Shown here: positions 23,450 to 36,639 of the stretch, in pieces
Position numbering within the stretch: position 1 is the first letter of the stretch
How the letters are laid out: each line of letters begins with the position of its first letter
NCBI RefSeq assembly: GCF_000143415.4
Contig: NW_003314265.1
Coordinates: 1,109,864 to 1,173,863 of the forward strand
Reading direction: 5' to 3'
From: Selaginella moellendorffii
Taxonomy: Eukaryota; Plantae; Lycopodiophyta
Length of the DNA: 64,000 nucleotides
Program-made: the position numbers and the translations under genes
Notes under the pieces: model-generated
The model's input: the letters and a program-made list of their open reading frames with translations, nothing else
Told to the model about the DNA's origin: nothing
Database searches by the model: none

Positions 23450-25810
23450 GCTTTGCCATATGTATTCACATTTGCCCAAACCAGGATCATTAGTCACTTT
23501 GTTGCAAATTGCAAGAATGAGCAGCAGAAAAGAAAATTGGTGGAACAAACTGTTCAATTCCTCAACACATACAAAGAAGTAAAAGCAAAACACCAAGGCT
23601 TTTCCAAAAAGCTAGCCTGGTTTCTAAGCCACATATTGCTTGTTTATCTGGTGAGTGAGGAGTTGTATTATCCTTCTACTAGTGTTGGAACCAAGGGGTG
23701 CAATCAAAGGAACTAGGATGTGTATATAAGTCAAGAAGTGCTATACCAATACATGTCAAGTACTTTTTCTTTACACCAGTTTCATCATGGTATCAAAGAA
23801 ATCAAAAGATTCTCTTTTCTAGGGCTTTGGCTTTTCCAATTGGTGAGCATTGTATACTGTTCAATGAGATGCATGCTTGGCTATAGTGCGAATATTAAAG
23901 GTGGGTATCAAATTTGGATTTTCAGTCAGAAGAAGGTGCTGGTCAGGCATACTGTTTTTTTTCGAGAAGATGTACTAGCATACTCTGCCTCATCAGTAAG
24001 AAATAAGAAAGGCACCAGGTATTATTTACATTCGGTTCTAATCAGTGGACATGGAAATAATAGTGATGAGGAAGTGGTATCAACTCCAAAGACTTCTCCA
24101 GTGGAACCACCACTGCCACTACCTCTTAAACCACCACCTGAGGACCCACTGCCACCTCAAGAAATTCTTTCTCCAGCTATGTATGATAATGGCTTTGAAC
24201 TCTTACAAAATTCTAATGAGTTGGATATTGTTCATGCTGATCTAGAAAGTAGTGGCTTCAAAGTAAGAGTATGGTGAATCTTTGGATGCTCCAAATGCTA
24301 GTTCACTACTAAGACATTCTCTCAGACCTTGGAAACCTATTCTATTTTATTATGCACAAGCTGCACAAGTCATTCATGAGCCAACAAACTTAAATGAAGC
24401 ACTCTCTAGACTGCAATGTTTTCATTAGCAGAAGCAATGCAGGACAAATATCATGCTCAATTGGAAAATGGTTCTTGGACACTCATTTCACCATAAGAGG
24501 TTCCTTGCAAGGCTTCAATCATATAGTGTAAGTGGGTTCACAAGATAAAATACAAGGAGATAAGTGAGATTGATTGGTACAAAGCAAGGTTAGTCATAAA
24601 AGGATAGACACAGCAAGCTGGAATTGATTATAGTGAGATTTTTATATTTGTAGTTAATATATTCACTTAATATTTGTTAAGAATAAAAAAAAATCTATTT
24701 GTTTTGTTCTTGCAATCACTAATCACTCAAACCTTGAGGTTGAGAAGATGGATGTCAAGAATACATTTCTCAATGGCGAGCTGGAGGAACTGGTGTATAT
24801 GCAGCAACCTCCAAGTTTTGAAATCCAAGGGAAGGAGCGTTATATTTGTAAAGTCCAACGATCCATTTATGGATTAAAACGGTCACCAAGGATTTGGTAT
24901 AATATTTTGCACAATTTTTTCTAACTCTTGGTTTCTTTTGTGCTATTATTGTTTTTGTGGTGGCTTGCTTATTCTCATGTGTGTTTATGTTGATAATCTC
25001 ATCATGGCCAGAAAGACAACAATTCATAAATGGCTTAAAGAAAAACTCTCCAAACAACTTCAAATGATAGATCTCGGTAAAATTTCCTTTTTTTTTGGCT
25101 TACAAATTGTGCATGATAGAAAAAATAAAGTTTTAAAGGTCCATCAACATAAGTATATCTCAAATCTTATTGAGGAGCTACAAGTTGGAGTTGTGTCGCG
25201 ACTAGACACTGTTTTAGGCCCGGAAGCATGTTGGTAGTGGAGCACTCCAGGCAAGTCTCGCAGGGCATGGAGTGTAGCAGGTGGCTTCAAGTTCTGCGAA
25301 GTCACTTGGGAGGCGCACAACCCAAGAGCAGTGCCGAGCACTTGTGCTCGTGAAGTGGAGCAAGTGGCCTCAAGTTTCACGGTGGAGGCACCTGGGAGGT
25401 GGACGACCCAAGAGCAGCCGGGTGTTCGTGCTCATGGTTTCACTGGTTTCGCTAGTTACCCTGAGAGTGTGTTCTCAAATTTTGTATTACCCCCTAAGGG
25501 GATGTGGAGAAATGTACCTATATGTTGCATCAAATCTTATCGAGGAATATAGTGGTTTCTTTACTGCACACCCAGCTCCAACTCCAACGCTCCAATTCAA
25601 CAAAGCAAATGAACCATGTTCTAAGGGGGAGAAGAAGGAGATGGCTAAGCTACCATATCAAAACTTGGTTGGAGCATTGATGTATTTAGCCACATCCATA
25701 GCTACAACTGTTTCCAAAGTGTGTCAGTTCATGTAGAATCCCCAAAAGAGATATTGGTATGCAGTAGAGTGGATCTTTAACTACATACAACAAACTTCAT
25801 CACTTTATCT
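23450..25810 (+). mobile_element. Degenerate Ty1/copia retrotransposon fragment (integrase C-terminus to RT)
   Basis: CMLGYSANIKGGYQIW...VFFRED, EPTNLNEA, KWVHKIK..YKARLV, MDVKNTFLNGELEELVYM, YVDN and LPYQNLVGALMYLA. Confidence 0.85.
25177..25529. other. ~353-bp GC-richer insertion in copia RT flanked by 17-bp direct repeats
   Basis: TCAAATCTTAT(T/C)GAGGA at 25160-25176 and 25530-25546; internal ~80-bp imperfect tandem duplication. Confidence 0.75.
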
Positions 25811-25899
25811 CGAGTGAGACCAATCTAAGTTGTCATCATAGTTGTTCAAACTGTTAGACTTCAATTGTAGTTTTTGTAAGCAGATCCGCAGTCATCTTC

Positions 25900-27520
25900 A
25901 TTGTGGGTATCCTGTGTGTATCCTTTTGCAAATACCCTTGCTTTGTACAAATCAATCTCACCTGTCTCTTTGTATTTTATCTTGTGAACCCACTTACACT
26001 ATATGATTGAAGCCTTGCAAGGAACCTCCTGTGGTGAAATGAGTGTCTAGGAACCATTCTCCAATTGAGCATGATATTCATCTTGCATTGCTTCTCACCA
26101 ATGAAAACATTGCAATTCAATGAGTGTTTCATCTAAGTTTGTTGGCTCGTGAATGACTTGTGCAGCTTGTGCATAATAACATAGAATGTGGGATGTAGGT
26201 TTCCAAGGTTTGAGAGAATGTCTTGGCAGTGAACTAGCATTTGGAGCATCTAAAGATTCACCATTATCATACATAGTTGAAGAAAAAACTTCTTGAGGTG
26301 GCAGTGGGTCATCACTATTATTTCCATGTCCACTGATTAAAATCAAATGTAAAAAATATCTGGTGCCTTTCTTATTACTGACTAACAAGGAAGAGTACAC
26401 TGGTACATCTTCTTGAAAGAAAACAGTACACTTGACCAGCACCTTCTTCTGATTGAAAATCCAAACCCAATAGCCACCTTTAGTATTCTCACTATAGCCA
26501 AGCATCATGCATTTTGTTGAACAATCTTCCCATTTATTTTGTCTTTTCTCAACTGTAATATATGTCCTACACACCCAAACACACATAAATATGTAATAGA
26601 TGGTTTCAAACCTGTCCAAATTTGTCCAATACTGCTTTTGTATAAAGGATATTTTTCACATAAACCACAGTATCCACAACCTTGGCCCAAAAGAATATTG
26701 GAACATTGGATGCCTTGAACATCGATTTGGCTGCATCAAGGACCTACTCCACAAGACCATATTCATATGGCATAGAGATTTGGAGGAAGATACCACGTGA
26801 TGCAAATTCTCGTGAGAGAAGTTCTCGTCCTCCATCGACTCTGAGTGTGCAGATTGTCATCCCACGTTTAATTTCTAATTCTCGAATCCATTCCAAGAAC
26901 TTAAGAGGCACTTCAGATGTCTCTCTTAAGAAATATATAGCTGTGTAATGACTTAGATTGTTCACAATTAGTAGGAAGTAACGAGCACCATTGAATGACT
27001 TTACTGGTGATGTTCCCCAAATGTCAACATGAACTAAGTCTAAAATATTTTTACCTCAAGTATATACTTTCTTTGGAAGTGGTTCTTAGCTCAAAGACAT
27101 ACCTCACGTGTTTAAACTTGTGTTCTTCAAGTCTGGCACTCCAAATACTAGCTTAGGGATTTCCTTTACTTGTTGAAAGCTTATGTGGCCTAGCCAAAGA
27201 TGCCATAACTGTAAAAATGAGTTTTTAGAAAAGGAGATAGAATGCACACTTAGATTGTCTAATGAAAGGAAATAAAGGCTATTCAAAGCCATTGCCTGAG
27301 CAATTTGTGTTCGATGAAGAATGAAGTCTACTACAATGCAATGAAAGAATGTGTACACTCCTTGCTCTGCTAGTTTTGAGACAGACAGGTGTCTTGCTAG
27401 CTTTAGCACATATAGAACATTAGAAACCTCAAGTTAAAGACATGAAAAATAAACTGTGCCATTTGCAATTATTTGTAAAACCTCACCACTCACTGTGCTA
27501 ACTGCCACATCAAATTTTCT
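25900..27520 (-). mobile_element. Second degenerate Ty1/copia fragment, inverted (GAG-pre-integrase, integrase, RT start)
   Basis: LWHLWLGHIS, LVHVDIWG, LRVDGGRELLS, CMMLGYSENTKGGYWVW and EPTNLDE; ~25920-26510 is an inverted paralog of ~23870-24610. Confidence 0.85.
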
Positions 27521-28100
27521 ATAGCTTATCTATGAACTAGGACGTGTCTATAAGTCAAGAAGTGCTGTACCGATACATATCAAGGACTTTTTCTTTAGAC
27601 CAGTTTCATCAACTGGATAGAAAATTCCTGGAAAGGAAGAAAAATTCATCTTAGAGAACTGGAAGAAAAACAAAAATCGATCTGCAGGATCCTTGGAAAA
27701 ATCCAGCGAGCATTCTAAGCTAGCAATTTGCCTCCTTATCTACAAGCGCCAGGAATTCCAGACTAGGCCCAAACTATTATCCTTCTACTGAAAGTATTCT
27801 TCTGGTCTCCAAAACGCACACACAAGATTAAACATCTAACAAATCCTTGCCTCTCTAGCATAAAGCTAGAAACGAAGAAGGAAAAAATCCATCCAACGTT
27901 TCGTGTTCCAAGCTAGAAATTGGGCTACTTACTTGCCTGATAGCCGAATGTGGCAATGCACACAGCGCTCGAATGCTCCCCACATTAGGTCCAAAAGTCT
28001 CGAGCCTGCGAGACGGCGATTACAAACCTCCGGAATTTCTTCCAAGCGCAGCTACAGCATCTCTCCTAGGTGAGCCAGCGGGCATAAACTCCTACAACTT

Positions 28101-31100
28101 TGGTCCGATTTCAACTCTTAGATCTTTGCAATTAACCAGTGTGTGGAAAAATCTCAAATGATATTGTTTAAAATCATTACAGAGCTGTCTCTTCTATCCT
28201 CACGAAATCCATCTTGGTCGCCACAACACTCAAAAAAAAGAAAAAAAAACACAAAACACAAAACAAAACAAAAAGAGTTAAGAGACAACTGAAGAAAACG
28301 AAAACCTGGTAAGAGTTTCTCGTCCTCGTTCTCACGAACAGCACAAACACTGCCCGTTGATGGGGTTGAGACACAAGGAAAACGAGTTAGGCAAAACCGA
28401 AGAGAATTCTAACCTGGTAAGATGGAGCTTCCCGTTCTCTCCTTCCTGTCGGCTTTGTGTCTTGCATCGTTGTTTTCATGTGATCACAGCGTTGTCCAGT
28501 GATCACCGTGCTTCCTACCTGGCTTCACCCTCCTGTCGCGTTTTAGTCTTGAATCGTTGGTCGACAAATATTTCTGTCCTGTACTCATTCTCGTCTTCCT
28601 ATCGAGTTTTAGTGTCTTGGACCGTTGTTTTCATGACGCGTGCATCCTTCTTATCATCGTTGAAAGTAACTTGTAGTCTAGAAAGTTGAACTACACTTGA
28701 TTTGTTTTGCGTTGTCCAGTGACCATTGCGACTGTTCAGTGATCGCAACTCGTATAATTCTTGTTTACGTAGAGCACGGTGCGAAAATCTCTTTTTAAGA
28801 CTGTTTAAATCAAACTATCTCATGGTTTGAAAACCAAGCATTGTTTCATCGTTATATTGTGAGGGTGAAGAGATGTGTGAGCGAGCACTGCAGCAGCCTT
28901 GGGCTTGACAGTGTTGTTATGTGATCACAACTCGTGTCCTTTTCTCTGTTGAGCAGTGTGAAAATCTTGTTTAGTTCTAAATCACACTGAATCTTAAGAC
29001 CTTGTCAAAGTGAGGGTTGTTACATCTTTGTCTTGGCTTGCAATTTCAAGTTTATCTCTAGAGCACAAACTGTTCTCTCTTGAATCTTAAGATGAATATT
29101 GTCAAGTGTCTAACTTTAACCAACATATTTTAAGGAGATATAAAAGTGTAGCAGCTTTAGGCCTTCTTTGCTAAAGCTTTGTTTTGCATGTTAGTTTTGG
29201 CATTGGGATGTTAAATGTTTTACAATTGTTCCAATGTTACTCAATACTTCTACTTTTTTATTCTTTGGGTTGTGCATTTAAAAGTTGTTCTGTGCTTTAG
29301 TTCTTTTGTTTATTAGTTGTATGCTCAAGAGTTTGACTATGTCTTTTTGTTTAGTGGCCTAAGGTTTTGAAATTTGAATTCCACTTTGTTACCTTTGGTT
29401 GTTTAAAAGTTAAAGTTCCTGGATATCTTATAGTAAATTACTTTAAAAAAAAAGTGAAAACTATGTGTATTACAATCTAGAAAACAACCAAAGGCATTGC
29501 ATGACTATATTAGCCCTTTGGTATTGGATGCTGCTACAAAGATGCATTGGAGCTAGGTGAGCTCGTGGAGGTTGAATTAATGTTCATCTTTCAATGGTTG
29601 ATATCAAAATTATTAAGATGCAATGAGTTTAGTGTGGAAATTTAACATGTTTTTGATAGACTAGATTTAGAGTATTTAAAGAAAAAAAAAGTTAATAAAG
29701 ATATTTATGATAATAAATTTTTTGGCAAATGTTTATGTCATTAAATTTCTAAAGAGAGGTTTACCACATTTTAGTAATACTTAATAAATAATACAAAGTA
29801 AAACATATTAATTATATTGATAATATTTTATGTGTAGAAATACCTAATCCCAATGAAGATTCAAAGTTATACAAGTTGGTGGAAAAACATATGATACATA
29901 GCCCTGTGGATCTGGATTTTCAAATAATCCTTGTTATAGAAATAGTGAATGTAAATCTAACTATCTTTAAGATTTTTCATGAGAAACTAAAAGTATTAGT
30001 GATCAATTTCCACAATATAAATGACAATAGCATAGGTATTATATACATATTGGGACCAAGAAAATAGATAATCATTCAACATAACAAATTATCAAATAAT
30101 CAAACAACATAATGCATGCATTTATTATTTAAAAAAAAACTTTTAATGATATGCCCCACCATACAAAAGCTACAACTGAATTTATGGCAAGTCATTTAAA
30201 GCATTTTGACATGCACTATAAGGAGAAGTTGGCATTTCTATTGAAGCTCATTAATATCAAGCAAAAGAGAAACCATAATGAAGAAGAAAGAAGAGTAGTT
30301 CTATATATAAGGATTTTTTATGGATTGAAATTCATAAATTATAGTCATTAAAATGTCTTATTGCTTCAGCAAAGTGATAATAATTTATAGTGGCTACATT
30401 ACTAAGTATCATATAATAAAATATACCTATAATGGTAACATATTTTGTATTAAGAATATTCGCTGGAAATACGGCATAACAGAATCTGTCATTTAGGGCT
30501 CATCATTTCTGAGGTTGGGGTCGCACTGCGGAGCTCTGGCCGGGAAGGCCCGAAGCCGCTGCACTCGCATCGCCTCAAGGTACGTTGGTTAAAGCTAGAC
30601 ACTCGATAGCCGAGACAACGATGACAACACTCGTCTTAAGATTCGAGAGAGAACAGTATGTGCTCTAGGGAATAAACGAGTGGAGTGAAAATTGCGTGCC
30701 AAGACAAGGATGTAACAACGCTCGCTTTGACAAGGGTCTTAAGATTCAGTGAGATTTAGAACTAAACGAGATTTTCGCACTGCTCAATGTATAACAACAC
30801 TGTCAGGCCCGAGGCCACTGCACTGCTCGCTCACACATCTCTTCACCCTCGCAAGTTCAAAATTGGGGAACCAATATAACGATGAAACAACGCTCGGTTT
30901 TCAGACCTTGAGATAGTTTGATTTAAACAGTCTTAAAAAGAGATTTTCGCACAGTGCTCAACGTAAACAAGAATTATACGAGTTGCGATCACTGAACAGT
31001 CGCAATGGTCACTGGACAACGCAAAACAAATCAGACTACAAGTTACTTTCAACGATGATAAGAAGGATGCACGCGTCATGAAAAAAACGGTCCAAGACAC

Positions 31101-32140
31101 TGAAACTCGATAGGAAGACGAGAATGAGTACAGGACAGAAATGTTTGTCGACCAACGATCCAAGACTAAAACTCTGAAGCCAGGTAGGAAGCACGGTGAT
31201 CACTGGACAACGCTGTGATCACATGAAAGCAACGATCCAAGACACAAAGTCGACAGGAAGGAGAGAACGGGAAGCTCCTTCTTACCAGGTTAGAATTCTC
31301 TTCGGTTTTCCCTAACTCGTTTTCCTTGTGTCTCAACCCCATCAACGGACAATGTTTGTGCTGTTCGCGAGAACGAGGACGAGAAACTCTTACCAGGTTT
31401 TCGTTTTCTTTAGTTGTCTCTTAACTCTTTTTGTTTTGTTTTGTGTTTTGTGTTTTTTTTTTTTTTTTTTCTGGTGGGACGAAAACCGAGGTTTGCATCA
31501 CGAAGAAATGCAGTGAATGCCCTGAGTGTTGTGGCGACCAAGATGGATTTCGTGAGGATAGAAGAAACAGCTCTGTAACGATTTTAAACAATATCATTTG
31601 AGACTTTTCCACACACTGGTTTATCGCAAAGATCTAAGAGTTGAAATCTGGACCGTTGTTTTCATGACCTTCTTATCGTCGTTGAACAGTACCTTGTAGT
31701 CTAGAAAGTTGAACTACACTTGATGTTTTTTGCGTTGACCATTGCGACAGTGATCACGAAAATCTCTTTTTAAGAATCAAACTGATTTCAATCGAGCGTT
31801 GTTTCATCGTTATATTGGGTGTCCCAATTTTGAACTTGCGAGGGTGTAGAAATGCATGAGCTAGCAGTGCAGCGGCCTTGGGCCTGACAGCGTTGTTTGA
31901 GTTGTGATGTGATCACAACTCGTGTCCTGTTTCTACGTTGAGCAGTGCGAAAGTCTCGTTTGGTTCTAAATCACACTGAATCTCAAGACCCTTGTCAAAG
32001 TGTCTTGGCTCGCAATTTTCACTCCACTCGTTTATTCTCTAGAGCACAAACCGTTCTCTCTTGAATCTTAAGACGAGCGTCTTGGCTATCGAGTGTCACC
32101 TTTGGCCTTCGGTCAATGGGCAGCATAACCTAAATGACAG
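28101..32140. repeat. Three copies of a ~1-kb non-coding unit in +/-/+ orientation forming long inverted repeats
   Basis: 28101-29127 pairs with the reverse complement of 30580-31654. 31650-32140 is a deleted direct copy of ~28619-29110 and is inverted relative to ~30485-31090. Confidence 0.88.
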
Positions 32141-32787
32141 CTTCACAATGAGGATCGCACTTCGTGTCGCGTCATTGACTACAACCCAAAGATCGAGTGT
32201 TCATACTCGCTCCTGGGTTGCTGAGCATTAAGGCCCTGGAACTGGAGGCATCCAACAAGAGGAATTGGATGTTAGTGATCCCTGGCCACGCAATCTAAAA
32301 GCTTTCGCTCGCACAACAACTTTTTGCCTGCTTTACTGGCTGGCATTGAGACGAATCGCGGGCGCATTCATCCCTCGGGATGTTCTGTCGCAATCTCGGC
32401 TGCCTAAAGAGCGCACAAACACTCACTTAATGGAGATTACTATCATAATACGGGGAAAGGGTTGGTGCGCAAAGCTTAATAGATTTGGTAGCCCTGTCCT
32501 ATCCAATTCAGAGGCATTCAAGACGTAACGGATGCAAATTGCTGATTGACTATTTACGAGAAGGAGAGAAGGGAGAGAATAAATCGCTCGCTCGTCTAGC
32601 GACCAGCAGCACCCAGGCTCCAGCGAGCAAAGCGATCTAAATAGAGCTAGGAAACTCGAGTTGATTGATGATAACAGCGCTACGCAAGAATCCGTAGTCC
32701 AGAGCCCTATAAACAATCTGTCTTGCGCGTATATGGCAGGAGAGGGAGGGAAAGGAACTTGAAAAGAAGTTTGTCTCGAATTTGATC

Positions 32788-34224
32788 ATGCAAGACCACT
32801 CTGTCTTGGCGATCGCTCTTCTCCTCAATTTCTTGTGTCAAGCTCGAGCCCAGCTCGCGCCCGCGATCTACGTCTTTGGCGATTCCACTGTGGATGCCGG
32901 CAATAACAATTTTCTCCCCACTGTTGTGAGGGCCAATTTCCCACCTTATGGTCGAGACTTTGATAGCAGTGTCGCCACCGGGAGATTTTGCAATGGAAGA
33001 ACTTCCACGGATTATCTAGGCAAGTTGGTATTCTTTGCTCTTCTCGTTTTGTTCTTTGGCTCCGGATCTTTGGATCATGGAATTCCAACTATTCTTTTCC
33101 TTTGTCTAAGCTTTTATGATTGAATGTGGGATTTTCTATCACGCAGCAAACCTTGTAGGACTGCCATACGCTCCGGCTTACTTGGATCCCCAAGCGCAGG
33201 GCAGCAGCATTGTCAGGGGCGTCAACTTCGCCACTTCTGGATCCGGATTCTACGAGAAAACCGCCGTTCCCTTCGTAAGTCCCATGAACTTCTTTACTTC
33301 TTTGATCCCCCATGGTTCTTCTCATGCCTCCTTTCCCAAAATCTCTGTGAAGTCACTCGCGGAAACATTGTGTCAATCGTTTAACGCAGAATGTGCCTGG
33401 CCTCAGTGGCCAAATCGAGTGGTTCAGCAAATACAAGTCGAAGCTCATCGGCATGGTTGGGCAAGCCAATGCGAGCGACATCGTCTCCAAGGCGCTCGTC
33501 GCGATCAGCACCGGAAGCAACGACTACATCAACAATTACTACTTGAATCCCCTCACGCAAAAGATGTTCGACCCGGATACGTACCGCGCCATGCTCATTG
33601 AGTCCTTTGCAAACTTCGTCAAGGTAACGAGCAAACTCCACCTCTCTGGATTGTTTGGAACACACTCTCATCCAAAGCTCTGTTTTGGGTGATTCTCTTT
33701 AGGATTTGTATGGGCTGGGAGCTCGACGAATTGCCGTGGTCAGCCTAGCTCCGCTGGGCTGCGTTCCCTCGCAAGTGACCCTCTTTAACCACGGGGAGCT
33801 ACAGTGCGTGGAAGATCACAACCAAGACGCCGTGCTCTTCAATGCGGCCCTCCAGTCCACCGTGAACTCGATCAAGGACGGCTTCCCGGGTCTCAGGCTC
33901 GCATACGTCGACATCTACACGCTCTTCACGAACGTTCTCGCCAATCCAGGGAAATACGGTACGTGGAGAAACAAACTCCCCGATCGAGACCACGCGTTGA
34001 CAACGTTGGTTTGTTTTGTTCTTTGTGTAGGATTCCAGCAGACGCTGACGGGCTGCTGCGGAACAGGAAGGTTGGAAGTCTCAATTTTGTGTAACATGCA
34101 TTCGCCGGGGACGTGCACTGATGCGTCCAAGTACGTTTTCTGGGACAGTTTCCACCCTACGGATGCAATGAACAAGCTGATTGCGAACGCAGCGCTCTCG
34201 CAAGGGGCTCCACAGCTTCTCTAG
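32788..34224 (+). CDS. GDSL esterase/lipase (secreted), 5 exons
   Basis: Signal peptide; [37 protein letters not shown] and FWDSFHPT. Confidence 0.95.
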
Positions 34225-34330
34225 GTGGAAAAAGTAAGATTCAGTCCTAGTCAAGACGTAGTCATCGGGTCAATAAAAGGTCAATAAAGACAAAATGTTG
34301 ACTAACCCTAAAAAGAGAGGAAAACACATT

Positions 34331-34403
34331 TGGTCCCAGCGAGTTTCGAACTCGCGACCTTTTGCGTGTAAAGCAAACGTGATGACCACTACACTATAGG
34401 ACC
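34331..34403 (-). tRNA. trnV-UAC: tRNA-Val (anticodon TAC)
   Basis: GGTCCTATAGTGTAGTGGTCATCACGTTTGCTTTACACGCAAAAGGTCGCGAGTTCGAAACTCGCTGGGACCA folds into a canonical cloverleaf. Confidence 0.95.
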
Positions 34404-34490
34404 TTGTTATTAAATACTGGCCGGTCTAGAGGTATTAGTGCGCCAGTTTATGTTAAGAAATAGCTTCCCGGGGATGGGGATTTAGGGTTT

Positions 34491-35501
34491 ATGGCGCTGC
34501 TCCGACGCTACGGGCAGCTCACGGCGGTTCTCCACCAGGTATGGAAGCCGGTCTGAGATGCATTGCGGTGAATGTGGCTTGAGACTCTAGGGCTCGTGGC
34601 GCCAATGCGCCGGGAGGAGCTTCCACTGTGATCGGGTGCTGCGAGACGATGAGGCGCCAGACGCTGGGCCTGGCGATGGCGGTGAGGAGCAAGGCAAGAA
34701 GCGGGAGTATTTCACGACGGTTTCCAGGAGATACAAAGCTAGAATGGCCGTGGAGAGGCTGTTCAAGAGAGCTGCTGCCAAGGAGGCTGAAAATGCTGCT
34801 TCTGGTGACCAGGAAGCTAAGCCCGATGTTACCACGATTTCGATAGATCCAGCTCCGCATGTCAAGACCAAGAAGCTCGGTAAAACTGCGGCTTTTATCA
34901 TGGAGGTATGTTTCTCTTGTTTTTTACTTTCCTCGCGAGTCTTTGCGAGTTTTGTGTTGTTTCCTTTGCAGATTCTAAACAAGGAAGCTGTTGCTCAAGC
35001 TAAACAAGAGAGAGAGATCCCCGCGCTCAAGCCGGGCTACGTTATCCGCGTTAAAGTGGTACGTACTCTACTCTATGTAAATCTCTTGATTCTCAACATT
35101 TATGATTCTAGGAAGAGCCGCAGAACAAGCGAAGAATCCAAGAGTACAAAGGAATTATTATTGCCATGCGAAACAATGGCATACACACCACTTTCAGGCT
35201 CAGACGGCAAATCGGAAACACTTTCGTGGAGAATGTTTTGCCACTGTAAGTTTTTAACTTTTGCCGATGTCCTCTCTTGACATTCCTCTCTCTTTCGCTG
35301 CGCAGCTATTCCCCACTTATAAAAGAGTTTGAGATTCTGGACATAAAGAAGGTGAGAAGAGCTAAGCTCTACTACCTCCGACGCGGGGAGCACAAGCTCA
35401 AGTCGCTGAGCATGAAGAAGAGGAAGCTCCTCACCGCGGCCGCCACAGGGAAAACAATCACTCCAGAGTTCAAGCTCCCTCCCCCGCCAGCCTCGGATTG
35501 A
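34491..35501 (+). CDS. RPL19: Organellar (probably mitochondrial) bacterial-type ribosomal protein L19, multi-exon
   Basis: IPALKPGYVIRVKV, KGIIIAMRNNGIHTTFRLRR and YSPLIKEFEILDIKKVRRAKLYYLR; N-terminal transit-like peptide; telo-box TTAGGGTTT just before the ATG. Confidence 0.9.
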
Positions 35502-36606
35502 ATTGCAGCAGCACAGCAGCTCATCCATTTATTTTTGTCTGGTGAGTGACTTTGATCTCTTCCCTTTTTCTCTCCTGCAACAGCAAGGACTGAGAAAGCT
35601 TCCATTTTTCTTTTTGTTTTCCTCCTGCAGAGAGTTTTGGTGTGGGTGTTGCGAGCTTCTCTCTTCCTCACTCATTCACTCGCTCTCTCTTCTCTCATGG
35701 GCGGATGGATCAGATCACTGAAAGCGATATCCTGCGGAGAAAAGGTGCGTCATACTTATTCCGTCGTTATAGCCAGGACCTTTTTGTCAAATCAAATGGA
35801 AGTGTCCCTCTCGAGGGGCAAATCCATGTGCTTCCAATTCAATGCAAGAGGTTGAGCAACACACATCTCTCGCTCCAATAATCAGCACATGAGCAGAGCT
35901 AACAAGTTTAGCAAGAGTGCCAACTAAATCATCGAGGGATCTTAAAAGCTCTGGGGTCAATTTGTCACCAACATTGAGACCCCACACCAAGGTCTCGAGG
36001 CATATGCGGTCGTTTTGTGGAGTATATGCCTGTGCGTGCTACTTAAAAGCATGCGATAGAAATCAAAAGATTCCTCTGTAGTTTTTGTAATGGTCCCCAT
36101 CGCATGAGTTTCCGTTGCATGTTGGTGTGCGTGCTTCTTTTTTTTTGTTCTTCTCTTGAGTTCTGCTTTCCACGCTGTGACGCTTCCTCGTGAGCGTTTA
36201 AATACTGTTTTGAACGGTTTACAAAGGGGTTGAAGACGGCCTTGGAGCCCACAAAAACAAGGGCCACAAACAAACAAGCGCCCCAAAGCGCTTTCTTTTC
36301 TCGCCATTTTACATTTGCCCACCTAATGGCATTTTGCTTGCTGCTGATTCACAGGCATGCCCACTTGATTTCGATCGATGTCTCTCTGGTTGTCGAGTGA
36401 TCGGCGGCGGTCTGGAGCATGTGGTAGCTATAACATGCAAAGACGTTTAAAATCTAGAAAACTAAAAACCCCCACAATTGAACAAACACCAACAAGAGGA
36501 AAGTGTAGAAGAAAGGGAAACAGCTGCAAACAAATGCCATGGACACTTGGCAGCAAAAGTTGGCTGGCGTGATACTGAACTCCTCAGGCGCATCCCCCAC
36601 ACAGAC

Positions 36607-36610
<4 letters not shown>

Positions 36611-36639
<29 letters not shown>
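36611..36639 (+). repeat. (GA)n microsatellite
   Basis: gagagaga... run upstream of the ARF-like gene. Confidence 0.85.
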
